DNA of 64,000 nt from Candidatus Sericytochromatia bacterium. Lineage in GTDB: Bacteria > Cyanobacteriota > Sericytochromatia > S15B-MN24 > JAQBPE01. The position numbers and the translations under genes were made by a program. The notes under the pieces were generated by a model. The model searched no databases. It saw nothing but the letters and a program-made list of their open reading frames with translations, and had not been told where the DNA came from. The stretch spans positions 32,001 through 96,000 of the forward strand of contig JAYKHR010000066.1 of NCBI GenBank assembly GCA_035285125.1, written 5' to 3'. Every line of letters starts with the position of its first letter. Within the stretch, counting starts at the first letter, position 1. Shown piece after piece: positions 1 to 10,408 of this stretch.

Positions 1-49
1 CGCGGAGCAGGTGGGCAGGGTGGTCGAGCCGCACATCACCACGCCCTGA
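1..49 (+). CDS. 3' end of an upstream gene (partial)
   Basis: Frame 2 reads AEQVGRVVEPHITTP-stop (TGA 47-49); too short to identify. Confidence 0.35.
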   Translation, partial: AEQVGRVVEPHITTP

Positions 50-140
50 AGGCGGGTCACGGCCACGGCCCTCGGCCTATCCGCCGGGGGCCCGCGCGGG
101 CTATACTGGGGCCCATACCGCATCCCGGATGGAGCGCCCG

Positions 141-1301
141 ATGCCTACCCAGACCCTCCACCCAGCCCCCCAAGGCGCCGACGCCGACGAACGTTTCATG
201 GCGCGGGCGCTTGAGCTTGCCTGGCAGGGCCGCGGCTGGACCAGCCCCAACCCCATGGTGGGAGCGGTGGTCGTCCGGGACGGGCACATCGTGGGGGAGG
301 GCTTTCACCCGCAGGCCGGCAAGCCCCACGCGGAGGTCTTTGCGCTCGACGCCGCCGGCGACGATGCCCGCGGGGCAACGCTCTACGTCACGCTCGAGCC
401 CTGTGCGCACCACGGCCGGACGCCCCCCTGCGTCGAGCGGGTGCTGGCGGCCGGCGTCAGGCGCGTCGTGGCCGCCGTGGTTGACCCCAACCCGCTGGTC
501 GCTGGCCGGGGCATGGCGGCCCTCGAGGCGGCCGGCGTGGAGGTCGCCGTGGGCGTGCTCGGCCAGGAGGCCGCGACGGCCAACGAGCGGTTCTTCAAGT
601 ACATCCGCACCAAGCGGCCGTTCGTCGCGATCAAGACGGGCATGAGCCTCGACGGCAAGATCGCGACGGCCTCCGGGGAAAGCCAGTGGATCACGAACGA
701 CCACTCGCGCGGCCACGTCCAGATCCTCCGGGCCACGTACGATGCCGTCATGGTGGGGGTCAACACCGTGGTGCAGGACAACCCCCGCCTCACGTGCCGC
801 ATTTCGGGCGGGCGGCAACCCGTGCGCATCATCATCGACTCGATGGCCCGCACGCCCCTGAACGCGAACCTGTTCGCCAAGCCGGCGGGCACCTCCGCGT
901 TGCGTTCCAACACCATCGTCTGCGTGGGCAGCAAGGCCCCGGACGAGCGCGTGCGGGCGCTGCGCGAGATGGGGGCCGAGATCCTGCTCTGCCACGATGC
1001 GGGCTTCTCCTCTGACACGCATATCGACCTGGCCAAGTTGATGGTCACGCTTGGCAAGCGGGAAATCACGAGCATCCTGCTCGAGGGCGGCGGGACGCTC
1101 AACGCCGCAGCCCTGGAAGCGGGCATTGTCGACAAGGTCTACGTCTATGTGGCACCGAAGCTCATCGGTGGCGTGGGCGCCCCCACGATGGTGGAGGGCA
1201 GCGGCGTCACCCTCCTCGAAGAGGCCGTGCAACTCCACCGCCTGACGGCCACGGAGATGGGGGGCGACATCTTGCTGGAAGCCTACACCCAGCCGGAGTA
1301 G
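141..1301 (+). CDS. ribD: Bifunctional diaminohydroxyphosphoribosylaminopyrimidine deaminase / reductase
   Basis: PNPMVGAV, HAE, TLEPC..HGRTPPC zinc motifs; SLDGKIA..GESQWIT; LLEGGG; GGAG before ATG141 (ATG129 is an alternative); TATACT at 102-107. Confidence 0.96.
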   Translation: MPTQTLHPAPQGADADERFMARALELAWQGRGWTSPNPMVGAVVVRDGHIVGEGFHPQAGKPHAEVFALDAAGDDARGATLYVTLEPCAHHGRTPPCVERVLAAGVRRVVAAVVDPNPLVAGRGMAALEAAGVEVAVGVLGQEAATANERFFKYIRTKRPFVAIKTGMSLDGKIATASGESQWITNDHSRGHVQILRATYDAVMVGVNTVVQDNPRLTCRISGGRQPVRIIIDSMARTPLNANLFAKPAGTSALRSNTIVCVGSKAPDERVRALREMGAEILLCHDAGFSSDTHIDLAKLMVTLGKREITSILLEGGGTLNAAALEAGIVDKVYVYVAPKLIGGVGAPTMVEGSGVTLLEEAVQLHRLTATEMGGDILLEAYTQPE

Positions 1302-1303
1302 GG

Positions 1304-1933
1304 ATGTTTACCGGGATCATCGAAGAGGTCGGCACGCTGACCCACCACGCCCCAGGACGCCTCGCCGTTCGCGCCCCGCGCACCGCAGCCGAGGTCGCGC
1401 TGGGCGACTCGGTGGCGACCAATGGCATCTGCCTCACCGTGACCCGCGTCGAGGGCGAGGTGATGCACTTCGACTACTCGCGCTCCACCCGGGAGGTGAC
1501 GACCATTGCCGACTGGCGCGTGGGGGACAGCCTGAACCTCGAGCAAGCCTTGACCCTCGGCAAGCGTCTGGGTGGGCACCTGGTGGCCGGGCACGTGGAC
1601 AGCGTGGGCACCATCCGCACCGTGCGCGAGGGGACCGAAGGGGTCTTCGTGCAGGTGGGGGTGCCAGCGGACCTTCAACGCTACCTCATCCCCAAGGGGT
1701 CGATCGCCGTGGACGGCATCAGCCTCACCTTGGTCGAGGTGCACCGGGACGCCGTCGATCTGACGATCGTCCCCCATACGTGGAAGCACACGAGCCTGGC
1801 GGACAAGCGTCCGGGGGCCCGCGTCAACCTCGAGGCGGACCTGCTGGGCAAGTACGTCGAGCGCCTGCTGGCAGGTGGCTCGGGGCAGGCCCGGGGGTTG
1901 ACGCTCGATGAACTGGCTAGTCAGGGGTACTGA
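1304..1933 (+). CDS. ribE: Riboflavin synthase alpha chain
   Basis: MFTGIIEE N-terminus, GDSVATNGICLTV, GGHLVAGHVD, KGSIAVDGISLT. Confidence 0.96.
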   Translation: MFTGIIEEVGTLTHHAPGRLAVRAPRTAAEVALGDSVATNGICLTVTRVEGEVMHFDYSRSTREVTTIADWRVGDSLNLEQALTLGKRLGGHLVAGHVDSVGTIRTVREGTEGVFVQVGVPADLQRYLIPKGSIAVDGISLTLVEVHRDAVDLTIVPHTWKHTSLADKRPGARVNLEADLLGKYVERLLAGGSGQARGLTLDELASQGY

Positions 1934-1936
1934 GTG

Positions 1937-3142
1937 ATGGGTGCGGCGGAGTTCGAGTTCTCGGCGATCGAAGAGGTCCTCGAGGCCCTTCGCGAGGGGC
2001 GCATGGTGCTGGTCGTGGACGACGAGGACCGCGAAAACGAGGGCGACCTCATCGCGGCATCCTCCACCACCACGCCGGAGACGATCAACTTCATGGCGAC
2101 GCACGGCCGCGGCCTCATCTGCGTGGCCATCCCGCCCGAGACTGCAATCCGGCTGTCGCTGCAGCAGATGAGCGCGACCAACACGGACCGCCAGGGAACC
2201 GCCTTCACCGTCTCCGTCGATGCAACGGAGGGCACCACCACCGGCATCAGCGCCTTTGACCGCGCCCGCACGGTGGCCGTGATGGTGGACCCGGCGTCCC
2301 GCCCCGGGGACCTGCGCCGCCCCGGCCACATCTTTCCGGTCGTGGCCCGCGGGGGGGGCGTGCTGGAGCGGGCGGGCCACACCGAGGCCGCCGTGGACCT
2401 CGCACGGCTGGCTGGCCTTGCCCCCAGCGGGGTGATCTGCGAGGTCATGAATGCCGATGGCACGATGGCCAGGCTTCCGCAACTCGCCGAGATGGCCCGA
2501 GAGCACGGGCTGCCTCTCACGTCGATTGCGCGGCTGATCCAGCACAGGCTCCGGACCGAGCGTTTCGTCGAGCGCCGCGCCGTGGCGCAGCTGCCGAGCA
2601 ACTGGGGAGAGTTTCAGATCTACGGCTACGTCAATGGCCTGGACGGCAGCGAGCACGTCGCCCTGGTGCTCGGAGACCCCACCGAGGCGGGCACCCTGGT
2701 GCGGATGCACTCGGAGTGCCTGACGGGTGATGCCCTGGGCTCCCGCCGCTGCGACTGCGGGGAGCAACGGGATGCTGCCCTGGCCGCCATCCGCGACGAG
2801 GGGCGGGGGGTCTTCGTCTACCTCAAGCAGGAGGGCCGCGGCATCGGCCTCATCAACAAGCTGCACGCGTATGCGCTCCAGGATGAAGGCCTCGACACCG
2901 TGGAGGCCAACCAGCGCCTGGGCTTCCCGGCGGATCTTCGCCAGTACGGCGTTGGTGCTCAGATCCTGGTGGACCTGGGGATCACCTCCATGCGGCTGCT
3001 GACGAACAACCCGCGAAAGGTCGTCGGGCTGGAGGGCTATGGGTTGACGGTCTCGGACCGGGTGCCCGTGCGCGTGCAGGCCAACCCGCACAACCAGCAT
3101 TACCTCGGCACGAAGCGCGCCAAGTTGGGGCACATGCTGTGA
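1937..3142 (+). CDS. ribBA: DHBP synthase / GTP cyclohydrolase II
   Basis: DDEDRENEGDL, RPGHIFP, GHTEA, RMHSECLTGD..SRRCDCG, QEGRGIGL, LLTNNPRK; GTG1934 is an alternative start. Confidence 0.96.
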   Translation: MGAAEFEFSAIEEVLEALREGRMVLVVDDEDRENEGDLIAASSTTTPETINFMATHGRGLICVAIPPETAIRLSLQQMSATNTDRQGTAFTVSVDATEGTTTGISAFDRARTVAVMVDPASRPGDLRRPGHIFPVVARGGGVLERAGHTEAAVDLARLAGLAPSGVICEVMNADGTMARLPQLAEMAREHGLPLTSIARLIQHRLRTERFVERRAVAQLPSNWGEFQIYGYVNGLDGSEHVALVLGDPTEAGTLVRMHSECLTGDALGSRRCDCGEQRDAALAAIRDEGRGVFVYLKQEGRGIGLINKLHAYALQDEGLDTVEANQRLGFPADLRQYGVGAQILVDLGITSMRLLTNNPRKVVGLEGYGLTVSDRVPVRVQANPHNQHYLGTKRAKLGHML

Positions 3143-3612
3143 CGGCGGAGCGGCAGCCAGCGGCCCAGCAGCCGGAGCTCTCGCTGCGCGGCCACCACCT
3201 GCTGTGCACGCTGCACTTCCAGGGGGCCGGCTACTCCTCCGACTTTGTGGCGAACTTCAAGGCGCTGATGGAGGGGGTTGCCGCGCGGGACCACACCTGG
3301 GTCCGCGTTGCCCCGCTGGCAGACGACATCTGTGGCGCCTGTCCGTCCCTGCAGCCCGATGGCGAGACCTGTGCCTACCAGGCCTCGATCATGCGACGGG
3401 ACGCGGCGCTGCTGGACCACATGGGCTGGCAGCCCGGAGAGGTCTTGGAACTCGGGGCGGCCCACCTGGCCGTCTTGACGGAGCGAGAGGCCCTGATGGC
3501 TGACGTTTGCTCCGGCTGCGAGTGGCTCCCACGCTGCACGTCCAACGGCCCCAACGGCATCGCGAGCCCGTTGCGTCGCACCTCCCGGCGGGAGGAGGAG
3601 GGTTCTTCGTGA
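3139..3612 (+). CDS. DUF1284-family Cys-rich (putative Fe-S/metal-binding) protein
   Basis: LRGHHLLC..FQG.GYS..FV.N, DDIC..CP, C..CEW...C; GTGA overlap with ribBA. Confidence 0.8.
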   Translation: MTAERQPAAQQPELSLRGHHLLCTLHFQGAGYSSDFVANFKALMEGVAARDHTWVRVAPLADDICGACPSLQPDGETCAYQASIMRRDAALLDHMGWQPGEVLELGAAHLAVLTEREALMADVCSGCEWLPRCTSNGPNGIASPLRRTSRREEEGSS

Positions 3613-3857
3613 TCTCACCCGAAAAGATTGCCCGCATCAACGAGCTGGCCCGCAAGGCGAAGGGGGGCGAAGGCCTGACATCCGCAGAGCGGGAGGAGCA
3701 GGCGGCCCTGCGGCAAGAGTACATCGCGGCCGTGCGTCAAAGCCTGCAGCCACAGCTCGAGAGCATCCGGTACGTCGACGATATGGGGCAGATCATCAAC
3801 CCCCAGACGGGCGCGACGGAAGGCTTTGTGCGCGACGATCCGCGGGAGGGTCGGTGA
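3609..3857 (+). CDS. DUF896 (YnzC-like) small protein
   Basis: KIARINELARKAK..GLT.AE.EEQ..LRQEYI; GGAGGAGG SD; GTGA overlap. Confidence 0.85.
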   Translation: MISPEKIARINELARKAKGGEGLTSAEREEQAALRQEYIAAVRQSLQPQLESIRYVDDMGQIINPQTGATEGFVRDDPREGR

Positions 3858-4474
3858 CGGCGCGGAGGGCGTTGGCCCCCGAGGAGCTGGAGCATCTCGG
3901 CACCCTCAAGGGCTCCCTCGACGGGGCCTTGAACGGGGCCTTGCTCACAGCAGGGCTCACGGCCCTGCCCGTGGGCTTCGTGGCAGCCGCGCTGCGGGGC
4001 GGCGGCGGCGCGGGGGACCCCGTCGCCTTGGTGCTGGCTGCGGGTATCCTCGGCGGCTTGACGGCCGCCGTGGTCTGGCTGGGTGGGGCCAGGGGCCGGG
4101 CACCGTTGCTTCGCGCCGGCGACCTGCGGCTGCGGGCCCGCCTCGCCGAGGACCTTGCCGAGCGGCAGGCGCGAGCCGTCGATGGCATCGTGTCGGCCAA
4201 GCACCAGGAGGCCGAGCGCCCCTGGTACGCGTGGCGGGCTCGCCAGGGGGCGCCGCGGCGCTGTTGGCTGGAGGTGGCAGGGGAGCGACTGGAGGTCACC
4301 CCGGCGCGGTGGCTGGCCACCCCCCTGGGGCTCCAAATGGCCTTCACTGTCGCAGATCGCTCAGGCGTGGTGCTCGCCATCGACGGTGTGCGCGAGCGGC
4401 TGCCGCTGACGCGCACCTCGAAGCCGGAGGGGCAGGCCGACATCATCGGCCTGCCCGTAAACCGCAACAGATGA
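3854..4474 (+). CDS. Hypothetical membrane protein (2 TM helices plus soluble C-terminal domain)
   Basis: Two hydrophobic segments; GTGA overlap with the previous gene; GGAGG SD. Confidence 0.6.
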   Translation: MTARRALAPEELEHLGTLKGSLDGALNGALLTAGLTALPVGFVAAALRGGGGAGDPVALVLAAGILGGLTAAVVWLGGARGRAPLLRAGDLRLRARLAEDLAERQARAVDGIVSAKHQEAERPWYAWRARQGAPRRCWLEVAGERLEVTPARWLATPLGLQMAFTVADRSGVVLAIDGVRERLPLTRTSKPEGQADIIGLPVNRNR

Positions 4475-4508
4475 CAGCCCTGATGCGCGGCCGGTCCGGC
4501 CGCGGGGC

Positions 4509-6197
4509 TCACTCCAACCCGGTGATCCGAACCTCGGCCGGCCATTCGACGCGGTAGCCCCAGCCAATGGTCTTCTTCTCGCCCGGCTGCACCTGGAGTT
4601 GCCAGGCCACCTGACCCGGCGGTTGGTCCGCCAGGGGCGTCGGCGTCACCTGCTGGAGCGTCACCGTGACTTCCTCCTCGCTGGTCTGCGGGATCGACTC
4701 CACCACCCGCACGGCCTGGGGCAGGGCCTTGTAGTTGGTGACAAGGACCTCGTATCTGTAGCTGGCGAAGCCCCGCTTCTGCAGCAGGCCGTCCGTGCCC
4801 GTTCGCTTGGACAGTCGAGCCCGCTTCACGGCGATGCTGCGGTCGACCCCCATAGGCAGCGTGAAGCTCTGGGTGGGCGAAACCTCCTGCCCGAGCCCGA
4901 CGGTGCCCACATGGTCGCGGCCGACGAAGGCCTTGACCGGCCCCGGCAGCAAAGGCCAGGGCCCCGGGTGCGTCGCCTTCATCTCGAGGAAGGCATCCGT
5001 CGTCACGCGCGGCACCACCCGGTAGCTCGTCTCGGCCTTCATCGCAATGGACCCGATGGGCACCTGGTGGGGCTGACCATCGCTCGGCACATCCACGGCC
5101 CGGGGAATGTCGAGGGCCACAGAGGTACCCTGGTTGGATGCGACGGCAACGGCCTCGTTGGCCCTGACCCGCGGGGCGCCATCCGAAAGCTCTTCGCGCG
5201 CCCCAAGCTCGGCCACCTTCGCGGAGGCCCTGGGACGGCGCCCCGGCGCCGGGGCCGCGCCAGAGGGAGCCATCATTGCGGACTCCGGGTAGGGCAGGTA
5301 CTTGGAGAGGAACCACCTCACCGGCTCAGGTGGGGTGCTGCCGGCAGCCGGGCGCGCCGTCGAGAGCGTGAGCGCCACGCCCCGCCAGTCCTCTCCGGTG
5401 GACTGCCGGACGACGCCGTAGCTCCGCCACTCCAGGGCGTTGCCACGGGCGTCGAGCCGCGCATCGTGGGAGGGACTCCACGAGGCCTCATCGAGGCCGT
5501 ACTCCACGTCGAGCGTCAGCTTACCTGCCTGCAGGACCTCCACGAGGACCTCGATGCGGCTGAACTCCTCCTTGCGGAACCCCCGGAGGCGGTTGAGCTC
5601 CGCGCGCACGCGATCCAGTTCCTTGGCGATGTCCCTGCGTTGCCGATCAATGACCTGGATGGCCTTCGCCTGGCCAGCCTGCCGCGCCTCGAGGAAGGAG
5701 AGCAGCCCCTTCCAGGTCTCAACGTTGGCCTTGCCGGCCGAGAGCTGACCGGCAAGCCCGCCGGCGGCTTTGTCCGAGGTTTCCACCACGGTGTCGAGCT
5801 GCCGCTGGTGGACTGCGCGCTGGTCGGCCAGCGCGCGGTCCCGGTCTCCCAACGCGGCCAGCCGCTTTTCAAGCTCGGCGACGCGCGCGTGCGGGGGCGA
5901 GCCGACGGCCTCCACCCGCACATCCGAGCCATGCAGCAACACCCGCGCCGTGCCCTCACCGGACACCCGCAGCGCATTGGCATCCAACTCCCGCGGGAGC
6001 CGCGTGAAGGCCACGCGGTACTCCCCGGCAGCCAGATCGAGCTCTGCCTCGCGCCGAACGACGGCCCGGTCCGGGTACACCGTGACGCCGACGATGCGCC
6101 CCGCTGCGTCCAGCACCCTGGTCGAGGCCGCGGTGGCCCCGGGGGCGAGGCCTGCAAGCAGCATCGCCGTGAGCAGCGAGGTGCGGGCGAGGCTCAT
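4509..6197 (-). CDS. DUF4140/DUF4139 (MuiA-like) exported protein
   Basis: Signal peptide; [12 protein letters not shown]; coiled coil; [17 protein letters not shown]. Confidence 0.85.
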   Translation of the reverse strand: MSLARTSLLTAMLLAGLAPGATAASTRVLDAAGRIVGVTVYPDRAVVRREAELDLAAGEYRVAFTRLPRELDANALRVSGEGTARVLLHGSDVRVEAVGSPPHARVAELEKRLAALGDRDRALADQRAVHQRQLDTVVETSDKAAGGLAGQLSAGKANVETWKGLLSFLEARQAGQAKAIQVIDRQRRDIAKELDRVRAELNRLRGFRKEEFSRIEVLVEVLQAGKLTLDVEYGLDEASWSPSHDARLDARGNALEWRSYGVVRQSTGEDWRGVALTLSTARPAAGSTPPEPVRWFLSKYLPYPESAMMAPSGAAPAPGRRPRASAKVAELGAREELSDGAPRVRANEAVAVASNQGTSVALDIPRAVDVPSDGQPHQVPIGSIAMKAETSYRVVPRVTTDAFLEMKATHPGPWPLLPGPVKAFVGRDHVGTVGLGQEVSPTQSFTLPMGVDRSIAVKRARLSKRTGTDGLLQKRGFASYRYEVLVTNYKALPQAVRVVESIPQTSEEEVTVTLQQVTPTPLADQPPGQVAWQLQVQPGEKKTIGWGYRVEWPAEVRITGLE

Positions 6198-7291
6198 GCG
6201 GACACGAGCTCCTTGTGGGCCGCCAGCACGGCGTCATGAGTGATGCGCCCATCCCGGACGTTGAGGCCCAGGGCGAGCGAGGCGTTCTCAGCCATCGCCC
6301 TGTCGGCCCCCTTGTTGGCCAGCTGCAGCATGTAGGGGAGGGTGGCGTTGTTGAGCGCAAAGGTGCTCGTGCGGGGCACGGCGCCCGGGATGTTGGCCAC
6401 GCCATAGTGGATCACGCCGTCCACCTCGAACACGGGGTCCGCGTGCGTCGTCGTCTTGATCGTCTCGATGCAGCCGCCCTGGTCGATGGCGATGTCCACC
6501 ACGACGGAGCCCCGCTTCATCGTCTTGATCATCTCGTGCGTGACCAGGCAGGGCGCCTTGGCGCCAGGGATCAGCACGGCGCCGATGACGAGGTCCGCCC
6601 CCTTGACCGCCCGGGCGATGTTGAGCGGGCTCGACATCTGGGTGATCACCCGGCCGTGCAGGACATCTTCGAGGTAGCGGAGCCGGTCAAGGTTGATGTC
6701 CAGGATCTGGACCTGGGCACCGAGGCCGAGGGCCATCTTGGCGGCGTGCGTGCCGCTGACGCCACCGCCGATCACCACCACGTCCGCGGGGGGCACGCCC
6801 GGCACGCCACCGAGCAACACGCCCCGCCCACCGTGCGCCTTCTCGAGGTAGTAGGCGCCGGCCTGCACGGACATCCGGCCCGCAATCTCGCTCATCGGCG
6901 TGAGGAGCGGCAAGGACCGGTCAGGGAGCTGGATCGTCTCGTAGGCGATCGCCGTGATGCCGCTCTTGAGCAAGGCCTCGGTGAGTTCGGCGCTCGCGGC
7001 GAGGTGCAAGTAGGTGAAGAGGAGGAGATCCTTGCGCAGGAAGCCGTACTCGGAGGGGATGGGCTCCTTGACCTTCACGACCATCTCCGCCTGGCCCCAG
7101 GCCTCGGCGGCCGTTTGCACGATCTCGGCGCCGGCGGCCACGTACTCGTCGTCGCGCATGCCGCTACCGTTTCCAGCGCCCGCCTGAACGAGCACGCGGT
7201 GCCCGGCCTGGGTCAGCGCCATGGTGCCAGCGGGCGTCAGCGCCACGCGGTTCTCACTGTTTTTGACTTCGGTGGGGACGCCGATGATCAC
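6194..7291 (-). CDS. ald: Alanine dehydrogenase
   Basis: [61 protein letters not shown] before GTG7291. Confidence 0.96.
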   Translation of the reverse strand: MIIGVPTEVKNSENRVALTPAGTMALTQAGHRVLVQAGAGNGSGMRDDEYVAAGAEIVQTAAEAWGQAEMVVKVKEPIPSEYGFLRKDLLLFTYLHLAASAELTEALLKSGITAIAYETIQLPDRSLPLLTPMSEIAGRMSVQAGAYYLEKAHGGRGVLLGGVPGVPPADVVVIGGGVSGTHAAKMALGLGAQVQILDINLDRLRYLEDVLHGRVITQMSSPLNIARAVKGADLVIGAVLIPGAKAPCLVTHEMIKTMKRGSVVVDIAIDQGGCIETIKTTTHADPVFEVDGVIHYGVANIPGAVPRTSTFALNNATLPYMLQLANKGADRAMAENASLALGLNVRDGRITHDAVLAAHKELVSA

Positions 7292-7397
7292 GCGCGGATC
7301 TCCTTGCAAGTGGCGGCCGCGACGTTGCGGCAGCGAGGGGAACCGGGCACCCGACACACGGGCGCCCGAGCGCAGATTATAGCAGGTTGGCGGCGCG

Positions 7398-8969
7398 TCA
7401 GCGCTTGCCCTGCGAGGGGCGATCCCCGCCTGGCACCAGCACCTGAGCCTGCTTGGGGCCAAGCTTGAGCGTCACACGGCGATCGGTCACGACCACCTCG
7501 CCCCCTCCCAGGCGATCCCGCAGCCGCGTGCCCGGGGCGATCGCGCTCTCTGCGCGAAGCGGCATCGTGACCTGGACATGCCGGTCCGAGTTGTTCAGCG
7601 CCACAATAACCTCGTCGCGGGTGCGACCATGGTCTCCACCGACCCGGCTGAAGGCGTAGACGGCATCGTCCTGCCACATCTCCAGCATGCGCCCACGCCG
7701 GAGGGGGCTCAACTCGCGGCGTAGCGCCGTCAGGTTCTTGACGTAAGACGTCAGCTTCGGGTTCGCGCCAAAGGCCATATCCTGCCGGTTCTCAGGCTCA
7801 CCTGCCCCGTCCATCCCGACCTCCGTCCCGTAGTAAACGGACGGGATGCCCCGGGCCGTCATCAGGAACGCCAGCGCCAGCCGCAAGCGCCGCTCGTCGT
7901 GGTTGGCCACGCTCAGGAACCGAGGCACGTCGTGGTTGTCGATGAAGGTCGTGAGAAGGGAGGGGTCCTGGTAAGCCCCGTCCTGCCGGAGGCGCTCCCC
8001 GAGCTTGCGCATCGACTGCCCGCGGGCAAAGACGTCCGTCATCGTGAAGTACATCGGGAAGTCGAAGACGGTGTCGAACCGACCCTCGCGGGTGTAGGGG
8101 GCGACGTAGTTGGGGTCGCCGTTGAGCACCTCCCCGAGCATCAGGAAGTCGCTGCCCGTGTGCTGGGCCAGACGGGTGTTGAACTGGCGCCAGAAGGGGA
8201 TCGGCACGTGCTTCACGGTGTCGACGCGGTAGCCGTCCACGCCCGAGCGCTCAGCCCAGTCGGTCCAGGTGCGGGCCATGAAGTCCAGCACGGCAGGGTT
8301 CTCCGTGTTGAAGTCCGGCAACCCGTGAATGTCGTGGTTCTCGAGCTGGTACTGATCGTTCCAGTTGTTGATGTTGCCGTTGTGGTGGAACCAGTCCTTC
8401 TTGGCCGGGTCCAGGGTGATGGGGGCTCCGTAGCCCGCGTGGTTGACCACGATGTCGAGCATCACCTTGATGCCCATCTTGTGGGCCTCGGCGACCAGAC
8501 GCCGGAGCAACGCCTCGTCGCCAAGGTGCTCGTCGACCCGGTTGAAGTCTGTGATCCAGTAGCCGTGGAAGCCCCAGTACTTGTCGACGAAGGCGTCTTC
8601 CCGGTTGTCCTGGACGGGCGTGATCCAGATGGCCGTGGCCCCGAGATCCTTGATGTAGGGGAGCTTCTGGATCAACCCGGCGAAGTCGCCGCCGTGGTAG
8701 GCGTGGGGGTCGCGCGGCCGGACGGCGCGATCGTTGCCACGGTCTCCGTTGTGGAAACGATCCGTGAGGACGAAGTAGATCACCTCGTCGCGCCACCGCG
8801 TGAGCTGTTTTCCGCGCTTGCTCGCTTCGACCCCGGCAGAGGCCTTGCGGGCCAGCCCCGGCAGCGGCATCGTGCCACAGCCTGCCAGCAGCGCCAGGCA
8901 CGCCATGGCGGCTGCGAAACCGCGCTTGATGTTTGCAGAGTGGCAGCCAGGCACCTGGGGTCTCCTCAT
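7398..8969 (-). CDS. GH13 alpha-amylase-family lipoprotein
   Basis: Lipobox LLAGC; GH13 regions [25 protein letters not shown]; start uncertain (8969 or 8906). Confidence 0.9.
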   Translation of the reverse strand: MRRPQVPGCHSANIKRGFAAAMACLALLAGCGTMPLPGLARKASAGVEASKRGKQLTRWRDEVIYFVLTDRFHNGDRGNDRAVRPRDPHAYHGGDFAGLIQKLPYIKDLGATAIWITPVQDNREDAFVDKYWGFHGYWITDFNRVDEHLGDEALLRRLVAEAHKMGIKVMLDIVVNHAGYGAPITLDPAKKDWFHHNGNINNWNDQYQLENHDIHGLPDFNTENPAVLDFMARTWTDWAERSGVDGYRVDTVKHVPIPFWRQFNTRLAQHTGSDFLMLGEVLNGDPNYVAPYTREGRFDTVFDFPMYFTMTDVFARGQSMRKLGERLRQDGAYQDPSLLTTFIDNHDVPRFLSVANHDERRLRLALAFLMTARGIPSVYYGTEVGMDGAGEPENRQDMAFGANPKLTSYVKNLTALRRELSPLRRGRMLEMWQDDAVYAFSRVGGDHGRTRDEVIVALNNSDRHVQVTMPLRAESAIAPGTRLRDRLGGGEVVVTDRRVTLKLGPKQAQVLVPGGDRPSQGKR

Positions 8970-9032
8970 CGAGTCACAGTGGAACCGGTGTCCCCATTAT
9001 AGAGGTTAAGACGGAAGGACTTTCGTGTTAAA

Positions 9033-9048
9033 TGTCAGCATATTGACA
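9033..9048. promoter_or_regulatory. Inverted repeat TGTCA-N6-TGACA, candidate operator
   Basis: Perfect 5-bp arms in an AT-rich divergent intergenic region. Confidence 0.4.
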
Positions 9049-9156
9049 GATTGATGAAACGGCGGGTCCGGCGCTCGCCGCGGTCACAGATCGCGATCGC
9101 GCTGGCAGTGGTAGCATGGGCGGTGACCCCCAGCCCTCGGACGCCGAGACACCACC

Positions 9157-10395
9157 TTGACCACGCGCCGCCCCCATCGCCTCCTTGCCCCCCAACTCCT
9201 GCGACGCCACCTGCCGGGCGCCGTGTTGGCGCTGTGCCTCGGCCTGGCCCCGATGACCGCTGGCCACGCCGCAGGCGTCTCCGCGGCGGTGGGTCAGACG
9301 GCGCCTTTGCCGGGCGTCAGGGCCAACGGCGGCGCGCTGGCCCTCGTGGGGCGCGGCGAGGAGGCCGCTGTTCGCCTGTACGGCGAGCCGGAGCAGGTGA
9401 CGGAATACGAGACGATCTACAACCTGGCGGGCCAGCGGCCCCTGCGGTGGATGCTCTACCAGCGGGAGGCGCTGTTCATAGGGGTCGACAAGGCTGGCAA
9501 GATCGCGGCCGTGCTGCTGCTGCCCTCCTTTGACGAGCCGTTGCCGGGCGGACTCCGGCTCGAGATGCCCAGGACCCGGGTGATGCAGCTGATGGGCAGA
9601 CCGGACCACACCATCGATGAGGAAGCTGGCACCCGCCGGCTGATATACGTGCGTCAGGCTTTCGACCTCACCTTCGATGGCCGCAGCGACACCCTGGTGC
9701 AGGTCCTGTACTACCCGATGCTGCGTCAACTCGCGGCCCAGTTGTCCCGCCAAGCCGTGGCCTCGCCGCGTCCAACGCCCACGCCCGTTGCCACCGCCCC
9801 CCGGCGAGCAACCCCCACCCCGAAGCCGACGCCCACCCCGAGGCCCACGCCCACCCCCACCCCGAGGCCCACGCCGACGCCAACGCCTACGCCAAAGCCT
9901 ACGCCGAAGCCGACCCCCAAGCCGTCGTCCTCGCCGCGTTCCGCGCTGAAGGCGCGAACCCTACCGCCTGTCTCGACCTTCGTGGGCAAGGCGGGGTCTG
10001 CCTCGGTCGTCGGGTTGGTGTCCTACTTCCGCACCGACTCGGGCGAAATCCAGTACCTGCATGGCGTGCAGTTCTACGTCGCCACGGAGCCCCTCGATGC
10101 GGGCTTGGCTTCCGGCGCTCGGCCCGTGCCTCGGGCTCAGTGGGAGGTGGTCAAGCTCCGTCACCGGGCGCGCATCTGGGACCTGATTCGCAACGGCAAG
10201 ATCGTCAGCGGCATCGAGTCGGACAGGTTCGGGCGCTTCAAGTTCCAGGCACTGCCCGAAGGGGCCTTCCACCTCATCGGCATCTTCGAGGACGGCGGCA
10301 GGTACATGGTGTGGCAACGCCCGCTGACGCTGGCCCCCAACCGTCAGTTCCGCACCTACCTCAACCGCAACAACGTCTCGCTCTCGAGCCAGTAG
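9157..10395 (+). CDS. Exported protein: two BamE/SmpA-like repeats, Pro-Thr linker, C-terminal beta-sandwich
   Basis: Signal peptide ending AGHA; LYGEPE and LMGRPD motifs; PTPTPKPTP linker; SDRFGRFKF..LP.G.F. Confidence 0.7.
   Translation: MTTRRPHRLLAPQLLRRHLPGAVLALCLGLAPMTAGHAAGVSAAVGQTAPLPGVRANGGALALVGRGEEAAVRLYGEPEQVTEYETIYNLAGQRPLRWMLYQREALFIGVDKAGKIAAVLLLPSFDEPLPGGLRLEMPRTRVMQLMGRPDHTIDEEAGTRRLIYVRQAFDLTFDGRSDTLVQVLYYPMLRQLAAQLSRQAVASPRPTPTPVATAPRRATPTPKPTPTPRPTPTPTPRPTPTPTPTPKPTPKPTPKPSSSPRSALKARTLPPVSTFVGKAGSASVVGLVSYFRTDSGEIQYLHGVQFYVATEPLDAGLASGARPVPRAQWEVVKLRHRARIWDLIRNGKIVSGIESDRFGRFKFQALPEGAFHLIGIFEDGGRYMVWQRPLTLAPNRQFRTYLNRNNVSLSSQ
9768..9925 (+). repeat. Low-complexity (Pro-Thr/Lys)n coding repeat
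   Basis: Degenerate CCN-ACN hexamer repeats encoding PTPTP/PKPTP. Confidence 0.8.
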
Positions 10396-10408
10396 GCCGT
10401 CTGACAGG

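Noticed and set aside
50..140. FMN riboswitch before ribD
   Set aside because: The -10 is only about 35 nt from the start and no RFN motifs are visible
9768..9925. Tandem repeat as a CRISPR array or VNTR
   Set aside because: In-frame Pro-Thr codon repeats with no spacers
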